This document shows, in pieces, positions 13,380 to 25,632 of a stretch of 53,267 nucleotides of DNA. The notes beneath the pieces were generated by a model that was not told the DNA's origin, searched no databases, and worked only from the letters and a program-made list of their open reading frames with translations. Source of the stretch: Octopus sinensis (lineage: Eukaryota). Positions within the stretch are counted from its first letter, which is position 1; every line of letters begins with the position of its first letter. The position numbers were made by a program, and so were the translations under genes. The DNA is taken from contig NW_021835423.1 in assembly GCF_006345805.1 (NCBI RefSeq), forward strand, positions 1-53,267. Direction: 5' to 3'.

Positions 13380-13613
13380 TTTTACTTGTTTCAGTCATTC
13401 GATGCGGCCATGCTGGAGCACCAGCTTTAGTCGAGCAAATCGACCCCGGGACTTATTCTTTGTAAGCCCAGTACTTATTCTATCGGTCTCTTTTGCCGAA
13501 CCGCTAAGTGACGGGGACGTAAACACACCAGCATCGGTTGTGAAACTATGTTGGGCGGACAAACCCAGACACAGAAACATACACACACACACATACATAC
13601 ATACATACATACA

Positions 13614-13647
<34 letters not shown>

Positions 13648-13698
13648 CATACATACGTACATACGTACATACATGCATACATACATACATACATACAT

Positions 13699-13729
<31 letters not shown>

Positions 13730-14227
13730 CATACATACGTACATACGTACATACATGCATACATACATACATACATACATACATACATACATACATACAT
13801 ACATACATACATACATGCATGCATACATACATACATACATACATAAATACACACATACATACATACATAAATACATACATACATGCATGCATACATACAT
13901 ACATACATGCATACATACATACATACATACATACATACATACATACATACATACATACATGCATACATACATACATACACACATACATACATACATACAT
14001 ACATACATACATACATACATACATACATACATGCATGCATACATACATACATGCATGCATACATACATACATACATACATGCATGCATACATACATGCAT
14101 GCATACATACATACATACACACATACATACACACATACATACATACATACATACATACATACATACATACACACATACATACATACATACATACATACAC
14201 ACATACATACATACATACATACATACA

Positions 14228-14263
<36 letters not shown>

Positions 14264-14414
14264 TTCATATATACGACAGGCTTCCTTCTGTTTCCGTGAC
14301 AAAGCTTTGGTCGGTCCGTAGGCTATGGTAGAAGACATTTGCCCATGGTGCCACGTAGTGGGATTGAACCCGGAACCATGTGGTTGGTAAGCGAGCTACT
14401 TCCCATACAGACAC
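13380..14414 (-). mobile_element. OK-like tRNA-derived SINE with an internal (CATA)n expansion of about 690 bp
   Basis: Both halves match the copies at 21708, 30665, 44930 and 45460. The head carries B-box ggttcaatccc. Confidence 0.85.
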
Positions 14415-14708
14415 TCTTGTTTGTTAACCTGAGAAGTTGAAGGTGAGCTCTGACTGGTTGTATGCAAATGAGTTCATTAATGGGATCCGGAACACTCGTG
14501 GGAGAAAAAAAAAATTTCGTGGCTGGGTCAAATGAGACGATGCGACCACCTTGGGCATGGGTGGACTGTGCTCACACACGCACAAACACCCACACATATA
14601 GATACATGCAAAGACGCACACTCGTAGCTATTTATGCTTTAAAAACGTTGACCTTAAAACCGTGACATTCTGAAGAAATTGTATGAGTGTGTGGGTCAGC
14701 CAACATGT

Positions 14709-14759
<51 letters not shown>

Positions 14760-14956
14760 TTCATTTCTGTTTCGCTGAATTTGTGAAAGAGCAACGGGGA
14801 ACTTGTTGACATCGATGACAATTTTCGTATATTGCTTCTTTTTTTTTTAATTTTTCAGTCATTAAATTGCGGCCATGCTGGGTTACTGCCTTGCAGGATT
14901 TTTAGTCGAACCAATTGACCTCATTAAAGTACATTTTTCAGCCTGGTAAGTATCCG

Positions 14957-15028
<72 letters not shown>

Positions 15029-15127
15029 TAACAATAAAGGGTGAAATTAATTAATTTGGAATAATTATTAATTACACCAAGTAGATTTCGGCATGTAAAA
15101 GCCTCATTCGAGGAAAATTTAAGTAAT

Positions 15128-15256
15128 ACTAAGCAATTAAGGGTTTAGCAACTGAGATCCCCCTTTTAGTAGAAAGAATAGCTATAACTCTTTGACTGCT
15201 ATTTCTAAATTCGGTGTGTGGTGAGGCAATTCGTTGCTAAACCCTTAATTGCTGAG
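15128..15256. repeat. 25-bp inverted repeat enclosing about 80 bp (small fold-back or TE remnant)
   Basis: actaagcaattaagggtttagcaac versus gttgctaaacccttaattgctgagt, one mismatch. Confidence 0.6.
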
Positions 15257-15289
15257 TATATATATATATATATATATATATACAGTCCT

Positions 15290-15480
15290 TAAATCGTAGT
15301 CTTCGTTTCTGCTGGGGGCTCTTTCCATAAAGAAGTTTAGCATATAGCATCTGTTTAGGGATCTACTCTGATCATTAATCTAAAGAAAATGTCCAGTCCA
15401 TCATTATTCTCTGTGCTTTTATAATTTGACAATTTCAACCTCTCTTATCTGGGCAACAAATTTTCCTTTTGATGCTTTTA
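15290..15480 (-). mobile_element. RTE-clade LINE 3' remnant
   Basis: Minus strand WTGH...IPKQMLYAKLLYGKSPQQKRRLRFK. Confidence 0.6.
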
Positions 15481-16851
15481 AAATATGAAAATTACTTTGA
15501 CAGTCATTGACCAGAACAAGATGAAGATCTCAGTCAGTAAAGGAATTTGTCTGGGGTCATCAAAGTTTGAAGTTACTCTTTTTAGTTTTATAAAGTCACT
15601 AAAAGTCTTACGTTTTCTCAATTTAAAGAAAACTAACACTTTTATAAATGAGTTTATTGCTACGCATTAAATGTTAAACTAAATTTGCTCCAGCTGGTCT
15701 ATATAAACAGTAACCTATAGCTTTGAACAGCTTTATTATTTTGTTGTGTATTTACATGGCATATAATGTGTGAATAGAATTTCTCCCCCAGTTATCCAAG
15801 CAAAAAATCAGAAACTTATGTTATCAATTTATTTGGAATAATTTTGTACAAAGTTTGATACAAAATAATTTTGTTGTGTCTGGGGAGAGTCATTCTCTTT
15901 TAGTGCCTTATTATTTAACACACTCAACGGTAAAATTTCGTTTTGCTTTAATAGTAATTATCAATTTCTGAATAAAGTTTCTTTTTATCTAATTTAAATA
16001 TCTTGATTATTTAATTTGAAAACAATCAGGTTTGTTCACTTCTATCACAAAAGAATCCAATAAAAAGTGGAGAATACTTATGAATCTTCCTTTCCAATTC
16101 CACAAAAGTCTGCTCGGTAGAGCTTCCTGTCACATCCTATAATGTACATAAGGGTCTCATGTGTTTTACTTATTTAATCTTGGTCTCTGCTGTAAGAACT
16201 TGAAATCTAATTTCAAATTAAAATAACAGTGGAGTAATATGAAGGTAAATATTGTAGGGAAGAATTGTACTCTTCCTTTATCTGAAGTTATTTAAAAAGA
16301 GGGAGACACTGTGGCTTTTCCACAATCACGTGCAATTAAAACAACAAATGTTGTGTCAGGATTTTATTATCTCAGGATTTTTCAGCACAGCTATTGTTTA
16401 ATTATAATTTTTTTGATTTATTTTCATAAGTATAAAAGTGAAGTTTTTTTTTTACTGACGAAAATTTCAGTAATTAGTAAATAACGAAGGTCATAAAGTA
16501 AGAATATAAAATTAGAATATTGTATATTGAACTCAAAACCCCTGAATTTTTATTCAACCACCACCACTTTGGAGAGTCCTGTCTTAAACCACAACAGGAC
16601 AAAGTGAGATATATCCTTAGATACATCATGTATTATATAGAAATACTATCTCTATAGGATATATAAAGGGAAAATACATCAATATATATATATATATACC
16701 AGGCATTCTACTCTCAGCTAAAAATGAAGGTAGATAACTATCAATATAGCAGAAGATATTAAAGCTGTCTATATAACAATGGGGTTGTTTAGGGAAGGGA
16801 TTAGATATACAACAACAGCAACAACAATAAATGAACATTTCAAAGTTTGTC

Positions 16852-16857
16852 TTTATT
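16852..16857 (-). terminator. Candidate polyadenylation signal AATAAA of the ANK-RING-DD gene
   Basis: About 245 nt after the stop codon. Followed on the minus strand by a GT-rich tract (ttgttgttgctgttgttg) about 25 nt later. No transcript evidence. Confidence 0.45.
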
Positions 16858-17099
16858 TTAAATGTGAATTTTTAACAAAGGAGCCAAACCAGTGAATAGA
16901 TCACTATGTGGCTGATATACCTGCTAGAATTAGCAGCTAAATTCACACAATATCACTGTACAGAAGGGCATATTGGACAATGTGGTTGTGGGTTCTCTTT
17001 GGAAATAGGCATGATGGTCTTGGCTGGCATGTGTTTGATCATAAGTCTCTGTTTGGTCAAGGTTAATCTGAGGCTAAACAACAACAGTTACACAGAAAT

Positions 17100-17299
17100 T
17101 CACTTTGCGTCTAATGACAGACATTCCATCGCAGCGTCACATTCAGCTTCTTCAAGAGCTGCACGTAATGTTGCGTGTGTCCGTGTTTCTGGGTCGCAAG
17201 TTTTGAACCATTCGTAAAGCATCAGGTAGCCTTGTTTTACAGCGTCAATAGACTCATCATCAATTTTCAGTTTAGTTGTATCAACTCCTAAAACTATCG
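17100..17299 (-). CDS. Terminal exon (200 nt), death domain C-half: (A)IVLGVDTTKLKIDDESIDAVKQGYLMLYEWFKTCDPETRTHATLRAALEEAECDAAMECLSLDAK*
   Basis: Acceptor gtcttttgcag|CG, stop TGA at 17102-17100. Helical death-fold pattern (MLYEW ... ATLRAALEE). Confidence 0.88.
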
Positions 17300-17599
17300 C
17301 TGCAAAAGACACAACAATAAGAAATAAATGCAACAACCTTAACAATATTAACAATAATATAAAAGATGTGTGTTGTTATAAACATAACAAAGAAACTATT
17401 TCAAGAGAGAAATATAAAAAAATAGCTAAGAAACAAGAAAAATATAAGACATTGTTTTCTATTTCTAGGGATGATGAGAAAAATAACAAAGTGGTTAAAT
17501 TAAAGGTGATTTTAAAAAAAACATTAATTGAAGTTTACACTTGAGAATCTTTTAAGGTAAACCGATGGCAGATGTGTTTGTGAAGGCAAAAGTGTATGA

Positions 17600-18340
17600 G
17601 AACCTAAAGAATCAACATAGGGTACCAACAGGCAAACCATTTGATCCATTCATTTCCTCTGCTCAATATTTCTGGGAGAGTTGTAGGGATAGAGACCCCT
17701 GGCATTTCTTCCATTGGGGCCTATCAGATGTAACCATCATTATATATTTTGGTTGGATTCCCAAGCATCAACAACTAAGTCTATGGATATCATCCAACTA
17801 TTTAGTGCTTGGTCTACCCCTGGGTCTCCTACTCCATTGGTTTGACTTTGAGAACCTGTCTTGTAATTCATTCCTGCGACATTCTGATCACATGTCCTAG
17901 GTACCAGAGATGTGAAGAAGTGGCTCAACCTGGAGAGACTCCCAGATCTCTGAACTATACATCCTATTGGGTAACATTACTCCAGAGACCCTTTAGAAGA
18001 ATCCCTTATATCTGTCTTAATCTGGCAGATTTCAGATCTGATACTCAAAGGGTCATGAAAGTAATGTCTCTCTGTGAAATCAATCACCTTGCAAAGTTCC
18101 CAAAATGACACTGAAAATCAAATGAATAATGATAGACCAACAGTCGATTATTCTCAGTCAAATTCAATCCTTTTTGAATCTACTCCAGATTCAATCAATT
18201 CTCCTGAACCCATTCAGTTATTCTTATTTCTCAGTGAGAGAGAGACCAGCCATGGTCTGGCTTCACTTGTGAATATTCATTTTCTGTCAAATTTCCTTAA
18301 AGCCATTCTCTCTTTTTGGATGTGGGGAATATGATATGAT
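17600..18340 (-). mobile_element. RTE-clade LINE 3' remnant
   Basis: GFF*RVSGVMLPNRMYSSEIWESLQVEPL and SRRPRGRPSTK*LDDIHRL. Confidence 0.7.
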
Positions 18341-18440
18341 TTGGCTGTGTCACCCCTATACTAAGTCTGTTTTTACTGAAGCATTTACAAACATATGTCA
18401 TGTGGTAAAGTCATTCCAATATGGCAATATAAAAGAGAGA

Positions 18441-18848
18441 ATACCAAACTAATTCCCTATGGATACCGTATTTATTACAACGAGTGGCTTGTAAACGTAT
18501 CTAACGAGCGAAAGTTAGATACGTTTACAAGCCACTCGTTGTAATAAATACGGTATCCATAGGGAATGAGTTTGGTATTTTATTTATTACACACGAATAA
18601 ACGACCATATTTTATTAACCCAATAACTAAATTTTTCACGTTTAGTTGTTACTTATGAATGACAAAAGTAGTGCCGTCACCGGGACCTCGGGTCATCACC
18701 ATGAATTGACCAATCAGAAGCAGCGCTGTCACCGTTACCTCGGGTCATCACCATGGATTGACCAATCAGAAGCAGCGCTCGCAGTATCTGACATATGTTA
18801 GATACCAAAAATATCTCAAAGTGTTCTCAATCACATGTGTGTAATAAT
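18441..18848. mobile_element. Non-coding element with a 65-bp-arm palindrome, a 52-bp tandem duplication and 11-bp inverted ends
   Basis: Arms 18441-18505 and 18514-18578 with one mismatch. Tandem units 18676-18727 and 18728-18779. ttattacacac/gtgtgtaataa inverted pair. Confidence 0.7.
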
Positions 18849-19205
18849 TGCAATTATCACTTTCAAACACAATAACCCAATCCCTAATGGCTTCAAGAAG
18901 ACCCTAACTCATGGTCTTTTGATGGAGTAAAGACGAACCAAAAACGTTGTCATTAACTCAGCTGTTTACCCTTAACATATTTTTCTTCTTTCTTCCAATA
19001 TTAAATGCTACTTGTATTTTCTTGTGTATCCACAATTACCAACCTCAGTGGATACTTTATGAAATACCAGTAATATCATTAATAGAATTTATTTTGCAGC
19101 TAACCATTCCACTGGAAATTAGGAATGTAACCTGTTCTCTTTCATCCTGACAAGGTGAATGTAAAATTTATAGAAATCAATTAGGTAGTGTAATTTTATA
19201 CTCAC

Positions 19206-19277
19206 CTACTTGCCACCAATCTCTTCCTAACCTCTTAGCCACTCTCAGAAGATCCTTCTCCTTCAGCTCTGGACTCC
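19206..19277 (-). CDS. Exon (72 nt, phase 1-1), death domain N-half: (G)SPELKEKDLLRVAKRLGRDWWQV
   Basis: Acceptor ttatttcag|GG and donor GTAG|gtgagt. The LGRDWWQVA motif joins directly to IVLGV in the terminal exon. Confidence 0.9.
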
Positions 19278-19514
19278 CTGAAATAAATATTTCCAAATTT
19301 TATAATTTATACTAAATTTCTTAATCTTTATTCTTGAGCCATGCTTATCATCAATGGTCAACTGGTGACCACTATGATTTTGGTCAACCTTTTTTAATCT
19401 ATGTAATAGCTCAATATTTTGGTCCACAACAAAATAGATTATACTTCTTAAACTTCGTCTCTCTATCAAGACATCCTACATAATCTAACAATGTTGTATT
19501 TATCACATTTAATT

Positions 19515-20694
19515 AGTTAGTTAGTTAATTGGTTCAAATCAATAGCAAGTCATGTAGGGGACATGGAGTTAAGTACAGGTGTGTTCATGTAAAGGTTCGG
19601 CCATTGAGGTCAAGAGAGGCTTTGAACAAAGCGGTCGTCGTCATCTTCACCATCTCGTCTGGCAGCTGTTCAAGGATCCGCAACCCGGACGGAGAAGCTC
19701 CTCTCGATTGAGATGAATCGTCGCAGGTAGAGCTTTTCGGAATGGCAGCCGACACTACTGGAGCAGTGTGAAGAATTTCGAGAGTTTTCGTTATGTGTGT
19801 CGAGAAGAATACCAGGTCGTCTAGGGGGACATGGAGTTAAGTACAGGTGGTGTTCATGTAAGAGCAGGCCACTGAGCTCAAGGGAGGCAAAGCGGTCGTC
19901 GGCATCTTCACCATCTCGTCTGGCAGCTTGTTCCACGGATCCGCAACCCGGACGGAGAAAGCCCCTCTCCTTCGATTGAGATGAAATCGTCATAGATAGA
20001 GCTTTTCGAATGACCCCGCAGCCACACTCTGGAGCAGGAGTGAAGAACAGCTCTTTCGAGAGGTTACACTTTCCGCTTATGATGTTGTGGGCGAGAATGA
20101 GATCACCACGGCGGCGGCGTTTTTCAAGAGAATAAAGGTCGAGCGTCCTCAGCCTTTCTTCGTAGGACAAATTTTTGAGACCATGAACCATGCGGGTAGC
20201 CAGCTTCTGGACTCTTTCGAGATGCTGTATGTCTTTGAGGAGATAGGGAGAAGAGGCTTGAATCCCGTACTCCAATATGGGTCTCACCAGCGTGACATAG
20301 AGTGGTAGGAATATGGCTGCTGTGAGCATTCCGAATGACCGTCGAATCAAGAACAGAATTCCGCGTGCTTTGTTGGCAGCATGGACGCACTGGGCCGAAG
20401 GCGAAAAGGAGGAATCCACCAAGATACCCAGGTCCTTTACCTGATCGGTCCTTTCCAGCAGCAGATGATGACCCGTCCGAAATCAAGTTGAGTTGCAGGA
20501 GGAGAGCCAACAGGCAGATGACAGCACTTTGACACGTTCAGACACAGGTCCCATTCGTTAGACCACTTCCAAATTTGGTGGAGGCATCGACGAAGATCCT
20601 CTATATCACCGCGAGGAGCGACCAGTTTGATATCGTCGGCAAATAGAAGGGTGTGTTGCGTGAGGTCGTCGGGCAAGTCATTTATGAAGACCAG
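19515..20694 (-). mobile_element. 5'-truncated CR1-group LINE with a duplicated 3' end, inserted in module copy 1
   Basis: LFADDIKL, LYVTLVRPILEYG, LERVQKLATRMV, LSYEERL, RRRGDLI. Junctions are defined by the uninterrupted module copy 2. Confidence 0.88.
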
Positions 20695-21049
20695 TTGATA
20701 AGACTATTTTTCTCACAGTTCTCTATTTCCCTTCTTATATCTGTACCAAACCTGTGACATGACTTCACTCACCAACATTTTTCTCATCTTCTGCTTAATT
20801 CTAATGTCAACCAAGGTGGTTTCCAAAGACCTAACCACAAATACACGGCAGACAAATTCATGTAGGATAAACATACACCTGACATCTTTGTGAAGGGTTG
20901 ATGTTGGTAATCTTGAATCGTAACTCCGCACATCCCAGTTCACAAGAACATCATCTGATTCAGGAAATATTTTAAGACTCCTTAATAACGAAGTTCTTTA
21001 AAACCCTTTATTCCCCAAAGGTTTGGCTTATCTATTGCTCATAAGATGT

Positions 21050-22900
21050 CTTCTTTTTGTGCTATTATCTCGATGCCTCTACTCTTGTGGGACAATGAGG
21101 TAGTGTACCATCACCCTAAACAGTTTCTCTTTAACCTTTGACATGCTTTCTTCTGCTACTTTGAATTTCACTTATTTTTCTGCTGAGCTTTGGCAAATGA
21201 CGGCAACATTTATTTGCCTTCAACCCTATTCTTGACCAACTAATTAATAAATACAGTCTATTCAGAACTATTTGCATATCCTTTTGCTCTGTTGTTTGTG
21301 TTGTTATGTCATCCATTAATGTCGTCTTAGGGGACTTCACTCGAGTTATTTCTTCTGATCAATCTGCTGATCTAATAAACATTTCCATAACAAGTACAAA
21401 CAAAATGACTGATATTGTGCAACCCACGGCAATTCCAGTCTCCAGACGATGCGAGTCTGTTGTGAAATATTCTGTCCTGAAGCGCATTTTGAAATTATTA
21501 CAGCAACTCTTCATTAGATTCTTAATCTTTTCTCGTATATAAAAGACGTCCGTTGTTTTCAGCAACAATTCGTGTAGTACAGAACGATATCATTATTAAC
21601 CTGATCAAGCCATACAACATTCAAATCGCTTTTGTTCTTCTTTGTATCTTGTATCGCATCCCAGATTCAAAATGCAAGTTCCACACATTCAGGGATTCCT
21701 GCCTTCTCTCTCTTTACTCTTTACTCTTTTATTTGTTTCAGTGAGCTGACTGTGGCCATGCTGGAGCACCGCTTTTAGTCGAGCATATCAACCCCAGGAC
21801 TTATTCTTTGTAAGCCTGGTACTTATTCTATTGGTCTCTTTTCTCGAACAAATAAGTTACGGGGACGGTTGTCAAGTGAGGCTGGGGGAACAAACACAGA
21901 CACACAAACATATACACATACATACATATGTATATATATGCGACGGGTTTATTTCAGTTTCCGTCTACCAAATCCACTCACAAGGCCTTGGTCGGCCCGA
22001 GGCTATAGTAGAAGACACTTGCCCAAGGTGCCACGCAGTGGGACATTAACCCGGAACCATGTGGTTTGTAAGCAAGCTACTTACCACACAGCCACTCGGA
22101 CGCCTTCTGGATACTTTCCGTCCCATAACCATTATTTTGGAGATATGTAGTTGATCTCTTAGCAAGTACACCCATGTAAATCTTGCCATCTTCGTTCACG
22201 GTTGGAATTGTTCTGAACTGGTCGGTCGATTTTCCTTTAGCTCCCTTTGATAAGTAAACTCCTTTTACCTTGCATCAGCCATCCAGTTCACCTTTATATC
22301 ACAACTTCCAAAGTAGTAGGTAATACTTATAACACAATTGGGTATAATGCTTGTACACTTTCCATAGTACACCATCCCCTCCTGGGGCACTCTTTGCTCT
22401 TGTCCTCTTCCCTCAGCTATATACTTGCTTCTTACTGAAATCCCCAAGCTGAAATATTTGATTGCTGGTTTCCTTGGTAATTTCAAACTGTCCATGAGTG
22501 GGAATGTTTGATTTCACTTTGTGTCAGTGTAGGACGCCCGTGTCAACCCGTCTCTTTGCATCTTTATTGCATTTTAGCTTTCCACTCTTAGTATCTGCAA
22601 ACTGTTTATGAGTAACCTCATATGGGTTCTTAGCAAGCTGCTCTCCATACCCTTTACTATCCTTTCCTGTTTCAACATGTCTCATATTTCTTTGAATAAG
22701 TTGAAAAGGAACGCTTAATTTTTTTGAGGACATGACAATCTTTCTAGAACATGTGCCACAATAAAATGCACCCAGGACCCTTTATAAAGAGGTCGATGTT
22801 AAGAAGGGCATACCACCATAGAAAGGCTGAAATATTTTAGTGAGATGTGTTCCTCAACAAATGAAGTTGGGCAGTAATTCTCAATAAGAACTGACTTGGA
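21050..22900 (-). mobile_element. Degenerate HERO-like (R2 group) LINE RT fragment
   Basis: GIAVGCTISVILFVLVME, LMDDIT, KAGIPECVE, KSDLNVVWLD and DGKIYMGVLAKR. Confidence 0.7.
21708..22101 (-). mobile_element. OK-like SINE inserted in the HERO fragment with a 7-bp TSD
   Basis: gccttct at 21701-21707 and 22102-22108. Removing the SINE restores the HERO reading KAGIP. Confidence 0.88.
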
Positions 22901-23461
22901 CAGTGACCACCCATGGGAATATGGAAATCATAAATGATGAAGGTCATATCATTGCATTGTATCTTCAAGCGAGAAAGAGAAACAAGGGTTGTTTCATCAA
23001 GAAAGCAAAGTCTTCTGCTTGGATAAAGACAATGTTTAGTGGATGTAATGATAGATTTAGTATCAGTGAAAAACGACAGGGTGTTCACACTTGGAAGGTA
23101 TTTCATAGTAATTCTGCCACATTATGAAAAGCATCTACCTAAACAACCACAATAATAAACAGAAAAAATCATAATTTCCTCACTTGTTTACACTTAAACT
23201 ACATCACTAGTTTCCTGTGGAAATGATAAAATTAACTCTGTTGTGCCTTTTTAATCCATTATTACCAACTGTGCTTACCTCGATGGATATTTCATGACCT
23301 TTCAGTAATATCCATATCTTTAATACAATTATTTTGCAGCTAATCTTTCAATTTGAAAGTAAGAATATAACCTGTTTTCAGTTATTCTTTCAAGCACAAT
23401 ATGCCCAGGGTAAGTAAACTTTATAGAAATCAATTGGGAACTGTTATTTTATAGTCAGCAC

Positions 23462-23530
23462 CTTGCTTGGATGTAGCCCCTAATAACTGTGCATCTGATT
23501 GAACTCCTTTGTCCTCAAACTTTGGAGACA
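23462..23530 (-). CDS. Candidate symmetric exon (69 nt, phase 1-1): (V)SPKFEDKGVQSDAQLLGATSKQ; may be skipped or a pseudo-exon
   Basis: Acceptor ctctttcag|TG. The ancestral donor position reads ctgact, but a weak CAAG|gtgctg donor 3 nt upstream keeps the frame. Homologous to exon 19206..19277. Confidence 0.5.
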
Positions 23531-23551
23531 CTGAAAGAGATATTTCAAGGT

Positions 23552-23751
23552 AAAGTATACTAGCCATCTCAATATGGCTAACCACTAAGGGTGGCTGTTA
23601 CTGTAGCTTGTAGCCCCAGGAGATCATCGTCTCCAGCTGGCTTTAGGCACACTTTCTGTGCCCTTATGATATTTGCAAAGGGAGGTCATCCCTCTCTCGT
23701 CAACCTAAGTGATACGCACGGACTGCAGTTTCTAGGTATTTGCCTGTCTTC
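23552..23751. mobile_element. 200-bp insertion with a 13-bp TSD next to the copy-2 exon acceptor
   Basis: gatatttcaaggt at 23539-23551 and 23752-23764. The insertion is absent from the other module copies. Confidence 0.75.
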
Positions 23752-25139
23752 GATATTTCAAGGTTTTACATTTAATCGTATTTCTTTATTATAAATAAAC
23801 TATATTCTTTTATTGTTAGACATTTCTATCACCATGGTCAACTGGTGACACTCTGGGTTTGGTCAAGATTTTTATACTCTCTACAGTGACCCCATGTAAT
23901 AACTCAGTATTTACGTCCACAACGAAATTGACTGACCGTCCTAAATCTCCACTATCTATTAAGACATCATACATAATCTAACAATGTTACCTTTATTTCA
24001 TTTAATTATCACTTGATAAAACTGTTTCCCCTTAGTTCTGTCTTTCTTTTCTTCTATCCGTGTCCAATCTATGACATATCATTGTTGTCTCACTTCTAGA
24101 TTTCACTAACCAACATTCGTCTCATCTTCTGCTTAATTGTAAAGTCAGGGAAGTTGGTCATCAAAGATCTAACCACAGACACAACAGACAACTTCAAGTA
24201 GGATAAACATACAACTCCTCTCTTTGTTAAACGTTGCTGCTGGTAATCATTAATTTTAACTATCTGCATCACAGTTTAACAGGATGTCAAGTGAAATATT
24301 TGAAAACTCCCTAAAAAATGAATTTTTTTAATGGTGAGCAATGAATAGTTTTACACAGGTGGAACGGAAAGTGATATCAGGTGTTCTAAAAGACATCACC
24401 TCATTAACAACTTATAAGAAACTGTTCATCCATATATTATTACAGTGAAAATAACTGAAATGATATACCTGAACAGGTTTTCAAGAAAATAGGGTATCTC
24501 TGTTGACCCTATTTTATACAGCAGTCAAAGTTTACCCACTCATTTGATGTTTCCTCTATGACTGTGGTGGACGTCCATGGTTTGAAAACCCAGTCACAAG
24601 TAAATTTGAGAACACAAAAGTTACACCATTAAATGACAGAGACTGTCTTTCAGATGCCAATATAAGAAGAACATTACGAGGAACATGTAACTCTACTTAC
24701 ATCCCACACCATCAACACTACTATGCCATTTGTCCCTTATGCTAATTAAGATTAACTAATTAAAAAAGGTCATTATCATGCTTTATGAAATAGATTTAAT
24801 TAGTGTCGCATATATAAAAAATATATGTTTCACAACATACTGTTTGTGATACGGATGAAAGCAGAACAATAACATCTGAACTTTACTGGACGTTGGATGT
24901 CAATAATCCCAAATTGTAGGGATATGGTCCAATACCCAAGAAAACAATAGAAATCCATAGAGGGCGCACAATGTAAAATCTTAGATGAGGGCAGAAGATG
25001 ATGCTATGACAAAATAAGGTTACATTTCAGAGATAAAAGCATTGAGTACTGGTGTGGACGTAATCACCTTACCCACTGCCCCAAACTGGCCGGCATTAAG
25101 CTAACGTTTCAAATCAGTTTTCTTATACATATTAAAGCG

Positions 25140-25345
25140 GGGAACTGGCAGAATCGTTAGCACATTGCCCCAAATGCTTAGAGGCATTTCTTGAGGTTTA
25201 ATGTTCTGAGTTCGAATTCTGCCTTGGTTGACTTTGCTTTCATCCTTTAAGGGCGGATAAAATAAGCAGCAGTTGAGCACTGGGGGTGATTAAATCGAAA
25301 TACCCCCTACATCGAGCTCTCTGGCCTTGTGTCAAAACTTTAAAA
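25140..25345 (+). mobile_element. tRNA-derived SINE
   Basis: gcagaatcgttag and B-box gagttcgaattc. Confidence 0.65.
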
Positions 25346-25559
25346 TCAATATTCTTATACCGAGTTTATAATATTTTTTTGTTGTTTTATGACCCCAATA
25401 TGTATTCAAATCAGAGATGTTCTTGGTAGATACCCCCAGTGAGAAGCAACATGTTACGACAAATATCTCACTAGGCAACAACAACAACAACAACAATAAC
25501 CTATCGGGAAACAGCCCAGGACTTGGGAGAGAAAGAAAGAAAAACTTTCTCATCAACTC

Positions 25560-25632
25560 ACCTAAGGTGCCACCCACGTGGGACTGAACCGGAACCATGT
25601 GGTCGGTAAGCAAGCTACTTACCACACAGACA
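25560..25632 (-). mobile_element. OK-like SINE head fragment
   Basis: Matches the tRNA-like head of the other copies. Confidence 0.65.

Noticed and set aside
13395-14338. HTYI/MYVC repeat ORFs
   Set aside because: These are a (CATA)n expansion within a SINE.
15081-15113. Third hammerhead-like motif on the minus strand (CGAATGA-GGC...GCC-GAAA)
   Set aside because: Two mismatches in the invariant core, only a 3-bp stem II and no convincing stem I.
18087-18109. Possible 23-nt fourth linker exon (cag|TGTCATTTTGGGAACTTTGCAAG|gt)
   Set aside because: Not a multiple of three, the flanks do not match the module, and it lies inside an RTE remnant.
20713-20943. 76-aa ORF repeated in the module, suggesting a decayed TE protein
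   Set aside because: The frame is not preserved in copies 2 and 3, and there are no TE motifs. It is duplicated intron.
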